Source of the DNA: Candidatus Limnocylindrales bacterium
GTDB taxonomy: Bacteria; Chloroflexota; Limnocylindria; Limnocylindrales; CSP1-4
NCBI GenBank assembly: GCA_038214375.1
Contig: JBBQRX010000012.1
Span: 6,871 to 70,870 of the forward strand
DNA length: 64,000 nucleotides
Direction: 5' to 3'
This document shows, in pieces, positions 46,544-57,458 of this stretch (the stretch's first letter is position 1; every line of letters starts with the position of its first letter). The notes beneath the pieces are model-generated. The model saw only the letters and a list, made by a program, of their open reading frames with translations, was not told the DNA's origin and searched no databases. The position numbers and the translations under genes were made by a program.

Positions 46544-47443
46544 ATGACATCCACCGCGCAACCCATCCGTGCGGATGCCGCGATCACGGTCGCACCGGTC
46601 GGCGATCACGGCTGGAGGTGGCGCCTCCGGCTCGCCTACGTGCTCCTGATCGGCTACGCGATCCTGATGTTCGTGCCGTTCGCCTGGTCGCTCATCACGT
46701 CGTTCAAGACGCTGCCCGACTCGGTCCGGATGACCGTCGTGCCAGACCCGTTCACGCTCCAGGGCTGGGACTACGCGATCACCAAGCTCACGCCGCCGAT
46801 GCCCGTGCTGTTCCTGAACAGCGCGATCATCGCGGGCATCGTGACCGTGACGAACCTCGTGCTGGGCAGCCTGGCCGGCTACGCCTTCGCGCGCCTGCGC
46901 TTCCCGGGCCGCGAGCTGCTCTTCCTTGTCGTGCTCGCAACCCTGATGATCCCCGACCAGCTGCGGCTCGTGCCGGTCTACCTGATCCTCAACGGGATCG
47001 GGCTCACGCGGGGCCTGGGGCAGTACGTCGGGGTGATCCTGGTCATCGCGATCAGCGGAACCAGCATCTTCCTCCTGCGCCAGTACTTCCTGTCGATCCC
47101 CAAGGACCTGGAGGAAGCGGCCCGGATCGACGGAGCGGGCTTCTTCACGACCTTCGTCCGGGTCATGCTGCCGCTTGCGACGCCCGCGCTCTCCGCGGTT
47201 GCCATCCTGACCTTCCAGGGAACGTGGAACGGCTTCTTCTGGCCGCTCATCCTGCTGCAGGACCAGTCCCACTACACGCTCCCGATCGGGCTCCTCTTCT
47301 TCCGGACGGCGGGCGGCTTTGCCACCAACTATCCACCGCTCATGGCGACCGTGGTCATGGCCACGCTGCCCATCCTGGTCCTGTATCTCTTCTTCCAGCG
47401 GTACTTCGTCGAGGGCATCGCCGCAAGCGGAGTCAAAGGCTAG
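46544..47443 (+). CDS. carbohydrate ABC transporter permease
   Basis: ATG 46544 after GAGGAG. EAA region DLEEAARIDGAGFFTTFVRVMLPLATP. Confidence 0.9.
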   Translation: MTSTAQPIRADAAITVAPVGDHGWRWRLRLAYVLLIGYAILMFVPFAWSLITSFKTLPDSVRMTVVPDPFTLQGWDYAITKLTPPMPVLFLNSAIIAGIVTVTNLVLGSLAGYAFARLRFPGRELLFLVVLATLMIPDQLRLVPVYLILNGIGLTRGLGQYVGVILVIAISGTSIFLLRQYFLSIPKDLEEAARIDGAGFFTTFVRVMLPLATPALSAVAILTFQGTWNGFFWPLILLQDQSHYTLPIGLLFFRTAGGFATNYPPLMATVVMATLPILVLYLFFQRYFVEGIAASGVKG

Positions 47444-47445
47444 CG

Positions 47446-48153
47446 TTGGCCGAGCTGACCGCCGGCCAGCCGCCTGCGCCGCGACTCGGCGGCGCCCTGC
47501 GTGGCGCGGCGAGCGATCTCTACTTCAACTCGTGGAGGCTGGTCCCGGCCAACCTCGCCTGGTCCGTGTGTCTCCTGGCGATCCTCGCCCTCGCCGCCGG
47601 TGTCTCGCTGCTCGCACTGCTCCTGCTCCCGTTGCTGGCCCTGCCGACGGTGGGGATCTACCGGATGGCATCGCTCATCGTGCGCGGCGAGCCGGTGGCG
47701 CTGTCCGACGCGTTCTCCGCCTGGCGGAGCTTTGGCGGGCCGGCGCTGGCCCTGGGGACCGCGCTGCTCGTGGCCGGCTCCATGTTCGGGTTCAACGTGG
47801 TGACCGGCCTCCTCCGCAGCGACGTGGCCGGCTGGTCGCTTGCCACGCTCGCCTTCTGGGGCCTGGTGGTCGTGGCACTGGCTGCCTGCGTCGCCTGGCC
47901 GATCCTGGTCGACCCGCGCCGCGAGACGCTCGGCGCCCGGGCGCGGGTCCGGCTCGCGCTCCTGCTCGTCCTTGCTCACCCCGTGCGGTTCGCGGCGCTC
48001 AGTCTCGTGCTGGGCTTCATCGTCGTCGTCAGCACGGTGGGGTTCGCGGCCCTGCTGACGGTTTCCGTCTCGTACGTGGCGCTCGTGGCGGCCCGCTACG
48101 TCCTTCCCGCGGCAGACCGCCTGGAGGCGCGGCTGGGCGCGCGTCCGGGCTGA
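47446..48153 (+). CDS. polytopic membrane protein (DUF624/YesL-like impression) linked to the sugar ABC operon
   Basis: Tail of track ORF 46618-48153. A TTG at 47446 is the first start after the permease stop. Several TM helices are present. The start codon is uncertain. Confidence 0.5.
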   Translation: MAELTAGQPPAPRLGGALRGAASDLYFNSWRLVPANLAWSVCLLAILALAAGVSLLALLLLPLLALPTVGIYRMASLIVRGEPVALSDAFSAWRSFGGPALALGTALLVAGSMFGFNVVTGLLRSDVAGWSLATLAFWGLVVVALAACVAWPILVDPRRETLGARARVRLALLLVLAHPVRFAALSLVLGFIVVVSTVGFAALLTVSVSYVALVAARYVLPAADRLEARLGARPG

Positions 48154-48310
48154 CGCGGCCTCGATCGGGCGGCGGGCAGGGCGTCGGGCAGGGCTATCTG
48201 CGCTTCGCCCCGGCGCTCCCGCGGCCGGGACCGCCCGGCGTCGGCGGATCGCTTGACTGGGCGGCGGAGAATCGCATCGGACACGGTCACCGTGGTACGA
48301 GGTTTCGCTG

Positions 48311-48547
48311 GTGCTCGACGCGATGCTGCTCCTGATCATCTACGCCTTCACCTGGTGGGTTTTGCTCCGGCTCCTCGAGACGCGGCCGGGCACGGACGAT
48401 CGCCCCATGCCCTGGCCACGCGGAGTCCAGGAGGGTGAGCCGGTCCGCTACGCCGTGGATGCCCTGACGCCGCCCCGCCCGCCCGAGCCCATCGAGGCCG
48501 TGCGCGCCTCCGTCGTCCACGCGGACGTCAGGGTCGTGGCGCGCTGA
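48311..48547 (+). CDS. 78-aa hypothetical protein with an N-terminal TM helix
   Basis: GTG start. Third codon positions are strongly GC-biased throughout. Sequence MLLLIIYAFTWWVLLRLL. The 3' end overlaps the convergent menG by 20 nt. Confidence 0.45.
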   Translation: MLDAMLLLIIYAFTWWVLLRLLETRPGTDDRPMPWPRGVQEGEPVRYAVDALTPPRPPEPIEAVRASVVHADVRVVAR

Positions 48548-49304
48548 CCGACCCGGGTGCTCCCGCCGGCACCGTCCCGACGTGGAGCGTGACGATCCCG
48601 CCGGACATGCCGGTCCACGTGACCCCCACGAGACCCGACGCGCGCATGATCCCGGCGATCGCTTCCGGCGCGGGGTAGCTCCGGACGCTCCGAACCAGGT
48701 AGGCATAGGCGCCGCCCTGCCCGGCGAGACGACCGATGACCGGCACGATCCCGTCGAACCAGGCGCGGAGGAACCGCGCGAGCCGGCTCCGCGGCCGGGC
48801 GATCTCCAGGCAGACGACGCGCCCGCCCGGGCGCACGACGCGGCGCATCTCCGCGAAGCCCTGCCCGTAGTCGGGCAGGTTTCGCATCCCGAACGCGATG
48901 GTCGCCGCGTCGAAGGACGCATCGGCCGCGGGCAACGCAAGGGCGTCACCGACGACGAACGTCAGCCCCGGCCGACCATCGAAGCGGCGCCCGGCCACCG
49001 AGATCATCCCCGGGCTGATGTCCACGCCGAGCACCTCGCCGCCGGGCTGGACGCGCCGGTGGAGGTCGGCCGCGACCTTGCCCGTGCCGGTTGCGATGTC
49101 GATCGCGCGACCGCCCGGCAGGAGCTGCGTCAGGGAGACGGCTCGCCGCCGCCAGCGCGGCTCCTGGAAGGCACTGATCAGCAGGTTCATCGGGTCGTAG
49201 ACGCGCGAGATCCCGTCGAACATCGCGCTGACCTCGCTGCTCGGCGCCGCGTTGCCGCGCTCGGTCGCGAGGCCCGATGGGGCGCCGTCTCGGGGCTGCG
49301 TCAT
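48528..49304 (-). CDS. menG: demethylmenaquinone methyltransferase (UbiE/MenG)
   Basis: Track ORF 48528-49637. Start at ATG 49304 (ATGA overlap with the upstream gene). Sequence ...MFDGISRVYDPMNLLISAFQEPRWRR...IDIATGTG...FGMRN.... Confidence 0.9.
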   Translation of the reverse strand: MTQPRDGAPSGLATERGNAAPSSEVSAMFDGISRVYDPMNLLISAFQEPRWRRRAVSLTQLLPGGRAIDIATGTGKVAADLHRRVQPGGEVLGVDISPGMISVAGRRFDGRPGLTFVVGDALALPAADASFDAATIAFGMRNLPDYGQGFAEMRRVVRPGGRVVCLEIARPRSRLARFLRAWFDGIVPVIGRLAGQGGAYAYLVRSVRSYPAPEAIAGIMRASGLVGVTWTGMSGGIVTLHVGTVPAGAPGSVSAPRP

Positions 49305-50167
49305 GCGTGGACCTCCAGGGCGGCCGTGCTGCCGGCTGTGATCCCGGCCGCGGCGATCGCGTCGAGGATCACGGCGGCGACCGGATCGGGATCGGTGATC
49401 GGGGCGGGGTGGCGAAGCCCCTCGAGCAGCACGAGGCGGGCCCCGGGAACCCGGGCCACGAGGGCGCGCGCGATCGGCAGGTAGAACGGCTCGCTGGCGG
49501 TACCGGCGAGAACGGTCACCGGCGCCGCGATCCGCGAGAGGCCCCCCGAATCCAGGCCAGTCAGGGCGGCATCGGCAAGCGCGCCGCCCCCCTGCGCACC
49601 GAGGAAGGCACGGGTCCGGACCGGGAGCGTGGCCCATGCCCCGTCACCCGCCACACCGTCGAGGAACGTCGCTGCGGCCGCGGCGGCTCCCCCGGTCGCA
49701 TACGCCTGCTCGGTTGCGGCCGCAACGGAGGCGAAGGCGGCGCGGGTCGGGGCATCGGCGAGCGGCCCGTACGGCGGCTCCCAGGCAACGGCGGCGCGGA
49801 CGCGCCCCGGAAGCCTGGCCGCAACCTCGAGCGCGACGACTCCGCCAAAGCTGTGCCCGATGAGGATCGCGGCCGCGATCCCCTCCGCGTCGAGGAGGGC
49901 GCCGACATCCGCGACGTGGACCGCCACGTCCAGCGGCCGCGGGGCCGCGACGAGGCTCTCCCCGCTGCCCCGTCGGTCGAGGGCAAGAACCGGGCCGCGA
50001 GCGGCGAGCCGCCGGGCGAGGCCGGCGAGCTGGATGGAAGCCGAGAGCGTGGCATGGAGGACGACCATCGGGATCTCGTCCTCGGCTCCGTGCGCCGGGC
50101 CGAACGCGTGATAGACCAGCGTCTCGCCGTCCGCCGCCTGGAACGTGCGCTTCGACGCACCGTTCAT
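49301..50167 (-). CDS. alpha/beta-hydrolase-fold protein embedded in the men operon
   Basis: Tail of track ORF 49301-51592. ATG at 50167 (ATGA overlap with the menE stop). It has the nucleophile elbow GHSFGG. Confidence 0.8.
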   Translation of the reverse strand: MNGASKRTFQAADGETLVYHAFGPAHGAEDEIPMVVLHATLSASIQLAGLARRLAARGPVLALDRRGSGESLVAAPRPLDVAVHVADVGALLDAEGIAAAILIGHSFGGVVALEVAARLPGRVRAAVAWEPPYGPLADAPTRAAFASVAAATEQAYATGGAAAAAATFLDGVAGDGAWATLPVRTRAFLGAQGGGALADAALTGLDSGGLSRIAAPVTVLAGTASEPFYLPIARALVARVPGARLVLLEGLRHPAPITDPDPVAAVILDAIAAAGITAGSTAALEVHA

Positions 50168-51681
50168 GCGGGCACCTCCACGTCGGCGTCCCGCTGGGAC
50201 TCGGCGGGGACGAGTGGGTCGGCTAGTGCCGCCCGGAGCTCCGAGCGGCGCAGCTTGCCGGAAGTGGTCCGCGGGAGCGCGGCGACGACGAGGAACGCGG
50301 CCGGGACCTTGTACGGCGCGAGCCGCTCGAGGCAGAACCTGCGCAGGTCGTCCCCGCCCGGCGGCGGCACGCCATTGCGCAGCACGACCGACGCGACGGG
50401 CACCGCGCCCCACGTCGGGTCCGGGCGGCCGGCGACGCCTGCCTCCGCGATCGCCGGGTGCTTCGCGAGCACCGCCTCGACCTCGGCCGGGAAGACGTTC
50501 TCGCCGCCCGAGACGATGAGGTCGTCGCGTCGGTCGATCACGTGGAGAAAGCCGTCCCCGTCCAGGCTCCCCGCGTCCCCGGTTCGCAGCCACCCGTCGG
50601 CCTCGAACGCGGCGGCCGTCGCCTCCGGACTGCCGAGATACCCGGAGAACGCCGCGCGTGAGCGGACCTGGATCTCGCCCGTGCCATTCGCGGCTGCGTC
50701 GGCGATTCGGACCTCGACGCCGGGCAGCGGCCGCCCCGCCGATCCCGGGTGCGCCGCGACCTCGCCGGCGACCAGGGCCGTGACGCCAGAGCCCGCCTCC
50801 GTGAGGCCGTAGGTCAGGACCACCGGCCAGCCCGCCTCCAGGGCCTGCGCGACGCGCTCGGGCGGGATCGGTGCCCCCCCGAGCAGGACAGCCCGCAGGC
50901 GAGGCGGCGCCGCCCCACGCGAGTCCCGGCGGGCAGCCTCGAGGAGGCGCACGAGCTGGGTCGGGACCAGCGAGATGTGGCTGGACCGGCCGTCGAAGAG
51001 CGCGTCGAGCACAGCCTCGGCGTCGAAGTCGGGGATCACCCGGAGCGGCGCGCCCGCACCCATCGCCCGCCACGCGACTCCCAGCCCGGCGACGTGCGCA
51101 AGGCCCAGGCAGAGCAGCCAGCCGGTCGCCGCCGGCAGGGCCGCCGACCACGCGGCCGCGCTCGCCGCCAGCGACGCGTGGGAGTGGAGTGCCGCCTTCG
51201 GCCGGCCTGTCGTCCCCGAGGTGAGGATGGCGACGGCCGGCGCGTCCGGATCGAGCGGGATCGTGGGTGCGGAGGGGCCCGCCTTCCCGACCGCCAACGT
51301 CGAACGGGAAACCGCCGGGACGCCAAGCGCGCGTGCGCGCTCGAGATGCTCGTCGTCGTGCACGGCCAGCCGCGGCCCGATCACGACACCGGCGCCCGCC
51401 AGCTCGGGCGTGGTGAGGGTCGTTCCGAGCGGCGCCACGCATGCCCCGACCCGGCCCGCCGCCGCGAGCAACGCGATGGCGTCCGCCGACGGCGCCGCGA
51501 GGAGCGCCACTCGATCGCCGGGCACCACCCCGGCGGCGACGAGGCCTGCGGCCAGCGCGTCCGCGTGGGCGTCGAGCTCGGCGAAGCTCCACGTGCGCCC
51601 GGGCTCCACGATCGCCGGCGCATCGGGCGTCGATCTGGCGTGGCCGCGGAGCGCCAGCGGCAGGATCAGCGCCGCGCTCAC
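50164..51681 (-). CDS. menE: o-succinylbenzoate-CoA ligase
   Basis: It has the AMP-binding motif LTSGTTGRPKA, lies in the men operon and has a GTGA overlap with menC. Confidence 0.85.
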   Translation of the reverse strand: MSAALILPLALRGHARSTPDAPAIVEPGRTWSFAELDAHADALAAGLVAAGVVPGDRVALLAAPSADAIALLAAAGRVGACVAPLGTTLTTPELAGAGVVIGPRLAVHDDEHLERARALGVPAVSRSTLAVGKAGPSAPTIPLDPDAPAVAILTSGTTGRPKAALHSHASLAASAAAWSAALPAATGWLLCLGLAHVAGLGVAWRAMGAGAPLRVIPDFDAEAVLDALFDGRSSHISLVPTQLVRLLEAARRDSRGAAPPRLRAVLLGGAPIPPERVAQALEAGWPVVLTYGLTEAGSGVTALVAGEVAAHPGSAGRPLPGVEVRIADAAANGTGEIQVRSRAAFSGYLGSPEATAAAFEADGWLRTGDAGSLDGDGFLHVIDRRDDLIVSGGENVFPAEVEAVLAKHPAIAEAGVAGRPDPTWGAVPVASVVLRNGVPPPGGDDLRRFCLERLAPYKVPAAFLVVAALPRTTSGKLRRSELRAALADPLVPAESQRDADVEVPA

Positions 51682-52886
51682 GGGGTCGCCTCGACGAATT
51701 CCGCGGAGAAGCGCGCCACTGCCGGGCGGCTCACGCGGATCCCCAGGCGGCCGGCACCTTCCCCGCCGGGTGCCTGCATCCGCCCGGCCTCCACGAGCAG
51801 CGGCTCTTCGAGCAGGTCGTGCTCCAGCAGTCCGAAGGTCGCCAGGCCGTGCGCGAGCGGCCCCGGGAAGCGGGCGCTCGGCACCGGAGCGAGACCCGAC
51901 GCCGCGGTGAGGGCGGCCGCGATCCCGATCCCCGTCTCGAAGAGCGTGCTGATCACCACCGGGACGCCGTGGACGGCCGCGGCCGCGGCAATCTCGGCCA
52001 CGGCGATCGGGCCACCGACACGGGCGGGCTTCACGACCAGCACATCGGCCGCGCCTTCGGCCAGGAGCCGCCGCACGGCGACCAGTGACGCGGCAGCTTC
52101 ATCCGCGGCGATCGGCACGTCCACTCGTCGCCGCAGCTCGGCGGCCCCGGCACCGTCGTCTGCGGGAAGCGGCTGCTCGACGTACTCGATCCCGAAGCGC
52201 GCGACGGCCTCCAGGCGCTCCTCGGCCGTGGGCAGATCCCAGGCGCCGTTGACGTCCAGGCGCAGGCGAACGTCCGGCCCGACCGCCGTGCGGATTGCCC
52301 GGACGCGCGCCACGAGGTCGACCGTCTCGCGTTCCACACCCGCCTTGAGCTTGAGCGTGGTGAAGCCGGCCTCGATCGCCTGGAGCGCGGCTTCCGCGCC
52401 GGCTGCGGGTCCGCCGAAACCGATCGTGCCGTTGACGGGAACCCAGGGCCGGCCGGGCCCGTGGCCCGCGGTCTCGCGGTCGCTGCCGGCCGCGGCTCCC
52501 CCGTCGCCCGCCGCTCCCCCATCGCCGGAGTCCGGCGCTGACAGGTCGAAACGGGCCGCGTCCATCGCCGCGCGAAACGCCCGACCCGGCGTGCCCAGCA
52601 GCTCGAGCTCCTCGACATCGGGCACGTCGCCGAACCGCGCGCGGTCGGCCGCCTCTCGGATCAGGCGGGCCAGCAGCGTCTCCTCGACCTCGGTCGCGTC
52701 GGGCTCGAGGACCGCCTCTCCGACGCCGATCCGGCCATCCGGCCCGGCCACGAACAGGATCCACGCCTCGCGGTGCAGCCACATCCCCGTCGCCGTGGCG
52801 AACGGCCGCCGGAACGGGACCCGGACGCGGATGGCGGTCAGCCCGGTGACGGGGACGGAGTCGAGGTCGACGCGCAGATCGATCAT
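51678..52886 (-). CDS. menC: o-succinylbenzoate synthase (enolase superfamily)
   Basis: Start at ATG 52886 (ATGA overlap with the menA stop). It has enolase-superfamily architecture and sits between menA and menE. It carries a Gly/Ala/Asp-rich insertion. Confidence 0.8.
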   Translation of the reverse strand: MIDLRVDLDSVPVTGLTAIRVRVPFRRPFATATGMWLHREAWILFVAGPDGRIGVGEAVLEPDATEVEETLLARLIREAADRARFGDVPDVEELELLGTPGRAFRAAMDAARFDLSAPDSGDGGAAGDGGAAAGSDRETAGHGPGRPWVPVNGTIGFGGPAAGAEAALQAIEAGFTTLKLKAGVERETVDLVARVRAIRTAVGPDVRLRLDVNGAWDLPTAEERLEAVARFGIEYVEQPLPADDGAGAAELRRRVDVPIAADEAAASLVAVRRLLAEGAADVLVVKPARVGGPIAVAEIAAAAAVHGVPVVISTLFETGIGIAAALTAASGLAPVPSARFPGPLAHGLATFGLLEHDLLEEPLLVEAGRMQAPGGEGAGRLGIRVSRPAVARFSAEFVEATP

Positions 52887-53797
52887 GCCGCCCACCCGCG
52901 AAGCGCGAGCGCGACCGCGAAGAGCAGCCCGAAGACGAGCGCGAGACGCGCAGTCCCCTTGAGAACCGCATTGAGCTCGCGCGGCTCACGGAAGTCGCGG
53001 ACCGTCCGCAGGAGCGGCCGCGCGAGCGGCGCCGAGAGGAGCGGCAGGAGCTGGACGATCCCGAAGCCGGCGAGCATGAGCGCCACCGGCATGGCGAACG
53101 CGGCCACGAGCAGGGTCGCGTACTCGACCGCGGTCGCGCGGCGTCCCAGCATCACGGCCAGGGTCCGCTTGCCGGCGGCCGCGTCCGTCGGGATGTCGCG
53201 CAGGTTGTTGACGACGAGGATCGCCGTGGTGAGCGCGCCGACCGGGATCGCGGCGGCAACGAAGAGCGGCTCGAAGCGAAGCGCCTGGAGGTACGCCGTC
53301 CCGGCAACGGCGACGAGGCCGAAGAAGACGAAGACGAAGACCTCGCCGAGCCCGCGATAGCCATACGGCCACGGCCCGCCCGTGTACGCGAGAGCGGCCA
53401 CGATCGCGAGCGCGCCGAGCCCGACGAGCACCGGCCCGCCTATCCAGGCGAGCCAGAGGCCGATCAGCGCCGCCACCCCGATCACGAGCGCGATCGCGAC
53501 CTCGAGCTGGCGCTCGGTCACGAGGCCGGCCGAGGCGACGCGCGTGGGCCCGGCCCGATCGGGCGTGTCGGCGCCGCGCCGGAAGTCCGAGAGGTCATTG
53601 GCGAGGTTCGCCACGACCTGGAGCAGGAGCGCGACCGCAAGGCAGCCGACCGCGGTGTCCGGCCGGAACGCCGCGCCCGCGGCCAGGGCGGCGCCGAGCC
53701 CCACGACCACGCCGCTCGCCGCAGCCGGGAGCGTGGCCGGACGCACGGCCAGCAGCCACGTCCGGAGGGCGGTGGGGCGCACGGCGATCGAGGTCAC
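52883..53797 (-). CDS. menA: 1,4-dihydroxy-2-naphthoate polyprenyltransferase
   Basis: UbiA-family polytopic protein with the motif [18 protein letters not shown]. It has a GTGA overlap with menB. Confidence 0.9.
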   Translation of the reverse strand: MTSIAVRPTALRTWLLAVRPATLPAAASGVVVGLGAALAAGAAFRPDTAVGCLAVALLLQVVANLANDLSDFRRGADTPDRAGPTRVASAGLVTERQLEVAIALVIGVAALIGLWLAWIGGPVLVGLGALAIVAALAYTGGPWPYGYRGLGEVFVFVFFGLVAVAGTAYLQALRFEPLFVAAAIPVGALTTAILVVNNLRDIPTDAAAGKRTLAVMLGRRATAVEYATLLVAAFAMPVALMLAGFGIVQLLPLLSAPLARPLLRTVRDFREPRELNAVLKGTARLALVFGLLFAVALALRGWAA

Positions 53798-54624
53798 GGC
53801 CGCCGCGGGTACTTCGAGTAGTCGGGATCGCGCTTGTCGAGGAACGCCCGCGAGCCCTCGTGGGCCTCGTCGGTCGTGTAGTAGAGGCCGGTCGCGTTGC
53901 CGGCGAACTCCTGGAGGCCGGCAAGGCCGTCGGTCGCCACGAGGAACGCCGACTTGAGGAAGCGGATCGCGGTCGGGCTCATGGCCAGGATCTCGTCGGC
54001 CCAGCGGATGCCCTCGGCCTCGAGGTCGGCGAGCGGGACCACCGCGTTGACGAGGCCCATCGCGAGCGCCTGGTCAGCCGGGTAGCGCCGGCAGAGGAAC
54101 CAGATCTCCTTCGCCTTCTTGTCGCCCACGAGTCGCGCCAGGAGACCGATCCCGAAGCCGGCGTCGAAGCTGCCGACGCGCGGCCCGACCTGGCCGAAGA
54201 TGGCGTTCTCGCTCGCAATCGTCAGGTCGCACACAACGTGGAGGACCTGGCCGCCGCCGATCGCGAAGCCGTTGACGAGCGCGATCACCGGGATCGGCAG
54301 CGAGCGGATCTGGCGCTGGAGGTCCAGGACGTTGAGGCGGGCGAGGCCGTCGCCGCCGACGTAGCCGCCGGCCGGGCTCTTGTAGTTCTGGTCCCCGCCC
54401 GCGCAGAACGCGACGTCGCCCGCGCCGGTCAGCAGGACGCAGCCGATCCGCGCGTCGTCCCGGATCCGCGCGAACGCGTCGATCATCTCCGCCACGGTCT
54501 CCGGGCGGAACGCGTTGCGGACCTCGGGCCGGTCGATCGTGACCTTCGCGATCCCCGTGCCGGAATGCTCGTAGCGAATGTCGTGGTACTCCGCGGCGGG
54601 TGTCCATGTTGCGGGTCCGGTCAT
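53794..54624 (-). CDS. menB: 1,4-dihydroxy-2-naphthoyl-CoA synthase
   Basis: Crotonase-fold protein: ...[24 protein letters not shown]...GGDQ.... Confidence 0.92.
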   Translation of the reverse strand: MTGPATWTPAAEYHDIRYEHSGTGIAKVTIDRPEVRNAFRPETVAEMIDAFARIRDDARIGCVLLTGAGDVAFCAGGDQNYKSPAGGYVGGDGLARLNVLDLQRQIRSLPIPVIALVNGFAIGGGQVLHVVCDLTIASENAIFGQVGPRVGSFDAGFGIGLLARLVGDKKAKEIWFLCRRYPADQALAMGLVNAVVPLADLEAEGIRWADEILAMSPTAIRFLKSAFLVATDGLAGLQEFAGNATGLYYTTDEAHEGSRAFLDKRDPDYSKYPRRP

Positions 54625-55514
54625 GCGACGTGCTCCTCCGAGACGAAGTCGAGGACGAGGGACATGAAGTCGTCGGGCGCCTCGAGGTGGGGGGCGTGGC
54701 CGGCGCCGCTGATCACCGCCAGGCGGGCGCCCGGGATTCCGGCGGCAACGGCTTCCGCGCGGTCGCGGGCCCGGTCGTCGGCCCCTACGACCACCAGAGT
54801 CGGCGCGCCGATGTCGTGAAGGCGGCCGTGGAGCGGCGCCATCGCGCCCTGCCCGGCGGCGCGGAGGCTGGCCGCCAGGCCGGCCGGGTCATGCGAGACG
54901 CGGATCGCGCGGAGGGTCGCGCGCGCGCCGGCATCGAGGTGCGCTTCACCCGCGAGCACCGGTGTCCGCTCCCACGCGTCGACGAAGGGCTCGATCCCGC
55001 CGCGCTCGAGGGTCCGGGCGAGAGCCTCGTCGGTGGCCCGCCGCGCGGAACGCTCCCCGGCGTCGGCGATCCCGGCGGACGGCGCCTCGAGAACGAGGCC
55101 GGCGACGCACGAGGGATGCGCGATCACGAGCTGGAGCGCGACCCGCGCGCCCATCGAGTAGCCGACGACGTCGACACGATCGTGGCCCAGGGCGCGCAGG
55201 AGCGCCGCGAGGTCGTCTGCGGTGCGCTCGATCGATGCCCGGGACGGATCGCCCGTGGGGGCGCCTCCCATTCCGGGCCGGTCCCCGGCGATACACCATT
55301 CCGTCCCGCCGTGGCCGGGCAGGTCGGGCGCGATCACGGTCCGTCCGGCGGCGATCGCAGCGGCCATCGGGCCAGCCCAGCTCCGACCGCTCCCCGTGAA
55401 CCCGTGGAGAAGCAGCAGCGCGGGGCCCGAGCCGGCGACGCGAACGGCCCAGCGCAGCCGGTCGATGTCGATGGTTCGCAGACCGGCGTCCACGCTCCCC
55501 AGGCGCGCCGTCAT
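54621..55514 (-). CDS. menH: 2-succinyl-6-hydroxy-2,4-cyclohexadiene-1-carboxylate synthase (alpha/beta hydrolase)
   Basis: [14 protein letters not shown]...[10 protein letters not shown].... It sits between menD and menB with ATGA overlaps on both sides. Confidence 0.8.
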   Translation of the reverse strand: MTARLGSVDAGLRTIDIDRLRWAVRVAGSGPALLLLHGFTGSGRSWAGPMAAAIAAGRTVIAPDLPGHGGTEWCIAGDRPGMGGAPTGDPSRASIERTADDLAALLRALGHDRVDVVGYSMGARVALQLVIAHPSCVAGLVLEAPSAGIADAGERSARRATDEALARTLERGGIEPFVDAWERTPVLAGEAHLDAGARATLRAIRVSHDPAGLAASLRAAGQGAMAPLHGRLHDIGAPTLVVVGADDRARDRAEAVAAGIPGARLAVISGAGHAPHLEAPDDFMSLVLDFVSEEHVA

Positions 55515-57340
55515 CCCCCGGCCCCCACGAGGGCTGCTGCGACGGCCGCGGCGGCCTCCGCGTGGAGCTCGACGTTGCGGGACCGATCGCTACGAAGCTC
55601 GAGGACGCTGACCCCGGTCGCGACCAGGCTCTCGGCAAGGGCGGTCCGGAGCCCGCGGGAGCCGACCGGGCGAAACGTGCCCCCGAGCGCCTCGACGATC
55701 GGCCCGAAGTCGATCCCGTGCGGCGTCCCGAAGAGCTCCTCGTAGTGTTCGGGCAGCCCGACGCCGGGCACCTGCGTGCGCGCCTGCGGCAGGAACGAGA
55801 AGATCCCGCCCCCGTCGTTGTTCACCAGCACGATCGTCGCCGAGAGCCCGTGCCGTTTCGCGGCAGCAAGCGCATTCAGGTCGTGGAGGAACGAGACGTC
55901 CCCGACCACGAGCGCAACGTGGCCGACGCCCGCGGCCGCGGCGCCGAGCGCGGAGGAGACGACCCCGTCGATGCCGTTCGCACCGCGGTTCGCGAGCGGC
56001 CGGATCGCTCGATCACCGGCGGGCAACCACGCGTCGAGATCGCGGACGGGCATCGAGCTGCCCGCCCACAGGATGGCGCCGTCGGGGAGCAGCTCGCCGA
56101 GATGGGCGAACGGCGCCCCCTCGAAGGACTCTCCGCGCGACTCGACGCCCGCCAGCCAGGCGCGGAGCGCTGCGTCGGCGGTCCGGTCAGCGGCGAGCCA
56201 GCCGTCGAGCCAGGCGGTTTCGGCCGCCGGCGCGGCAGCATTTCCGGCGGCTTCGGGGGCGCGCGCCTCGCTCTCGGCCGCGCGCAAACGGACGTCCGCG
56301 AGGACTGCGTCCGCGAGGGCCGCCGCCGTGATCGCGGCGTCCGCGTGGACGAACGTGGTCGGCAGGAGGGCAGGCTCGCGGTACCCGCCATCCCCGTCCA
56401 CCACGAGCTGGTCGGGCGCCGCGTCCACGAGGAGCGCGAGAAGCGGCTTCGAGGTCGGTGTCGCCCCGAAGCGGATGACGAGGTCCGGCAGGTGCGCGTC
56501 GCGCCACGGCCCCGGCCGGCAGAGGAGGTCACCGCGCGCGATCACGTGCGAGCGGTCGTGCGGCCCGCAGCGGACGCCCGAGAGCGGGTCGGCGAGGATC
56601 GGGAAGCAGGTTGCGGCCGCCAGTCGTGCCAGCGCGGCAGGCAGCACGGGATCGTCCTGCGGCCCGGCAACGATGAGCCCGCGCCGTGCCCCTGCAATGC
56701 GCTGCGCAATCTCCGCCAACGCCGGCGCAGCCAGTGCCCGCGGTCCGGTCACGACGTCCGTGAACGGCCGGGTCGGCTCGTCGAAGACCGCGTCGTGCGG
56801 CCGCAGGTCGCCGTCGGGGACCAGCGGCTCGCGGAACGGGACGTTGAGGTGGACGGCGCCCGCAGGGCCGGCGAGGGCAGTCCCAACCGCGCGGCCGGCA
56901 AGCGAGCGAACGTGGCGGCGCGTCTCGGGCGCCCCGTCGAGGAGCGGCAGCTCCGCGGCCCACTTGGCGTGGACGCCAAAGATGCCCACCTGGTCGATCG
57001 CCTGCGGCGCTCCCCGGTCGCGGAGCTCGGACGGGCGGTCGGCGGTGATCAGAACCAGCGGCACGCGGCCGAGCGTCGCCTCGACGGCCGCAGGCAGGAG
57101 GTTCGCGGCCGCCGTCCCGGACGTGACCAGGACGCCGGTCGCGCGCCGCGACGCCCGGGCCAGCCCGAGCGCGAAGAATCCCGCTGCTCGTTCGTCGGGC
57201 AGGATGCGGACCTCGATCCCGGGGTGCATGCGCAGCGCGAGCGCGAGCGGGGTGGAGCGCGAACCTGGGCAGGCGATCACGTCGTGGAGGCCGGCCCGGG
57301 CCAGCTCGTCCACGAACGCCCGGAGGGCGACGACGTCCAT
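55511..57340 (-). CDS. menD: SEPHCHC synthase (ThDP-dependent)
   Basis: Track ORF 55511-57481. Start at ATG 57340 (MDVVALRAFVDELARAGLHDVIACPGSRSTPLAL...). Confidence 0.9.
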   Translation of the reverse strand: MDVVALRAFVDELARAGLHDVIACPGSRSTPLALALRMHPGIEVRILPDERAAGFFALGLARASRRATGVLVTSGTAAANLLPAAVEATLGRVPLVLITADRPSELRDRGAPQAIDQVGIFGVHAKWAAELPLLDGAPETRRHVRSLAGRAVGTALAGPAGAVHLNVPFREPLVPDGDLRPHDAVFDEPTRPFTDVVTGPRALAAPALAEIAQRIAGARRGLIVAGPQDDPVLPAALARLAAATCFPILADPLSGVRCGPHDRSHVIARGDLLCRPGPWRDAHLPDLVIRFGATPTSKPLLALLVDAAPDQLVVDGDGGYREPALLPTTFVHADAAITAAALADAVLADVRLRAAESEARAPEAAGNAAAPAAETAWLDGWLAADRTADAALRAWLAGVESRGESFEGAPFAHLGELLPDGAILWAGSSMPVRDLDAWLPAGDRAIRPLANRGANGIDGVVSSALGAAAAGVGHVALVVGDVSFLHDLNALAAAKRHGLSATIVLVNNDGGGIFSFLPQARTQVPGVGLPEHYEELFGTPHGIDFGPIVEALGGTFRPVGSRGLRTALAESLVATGVSVLELRSDRSRNVELHAEAAAAVAAALVGAGG

Positions 57341-57458
57341 CACGGGCGCTCCCCAGCCCCCGGTTCGCGACCGAGCGTTCCGGACGACCCTGTTCGTGGA
57401 CGCCCCGCGTCGCGCCCTGTTCCTGTGGGAACGAGCGGCCGGTTCCCCGGCATGCGGC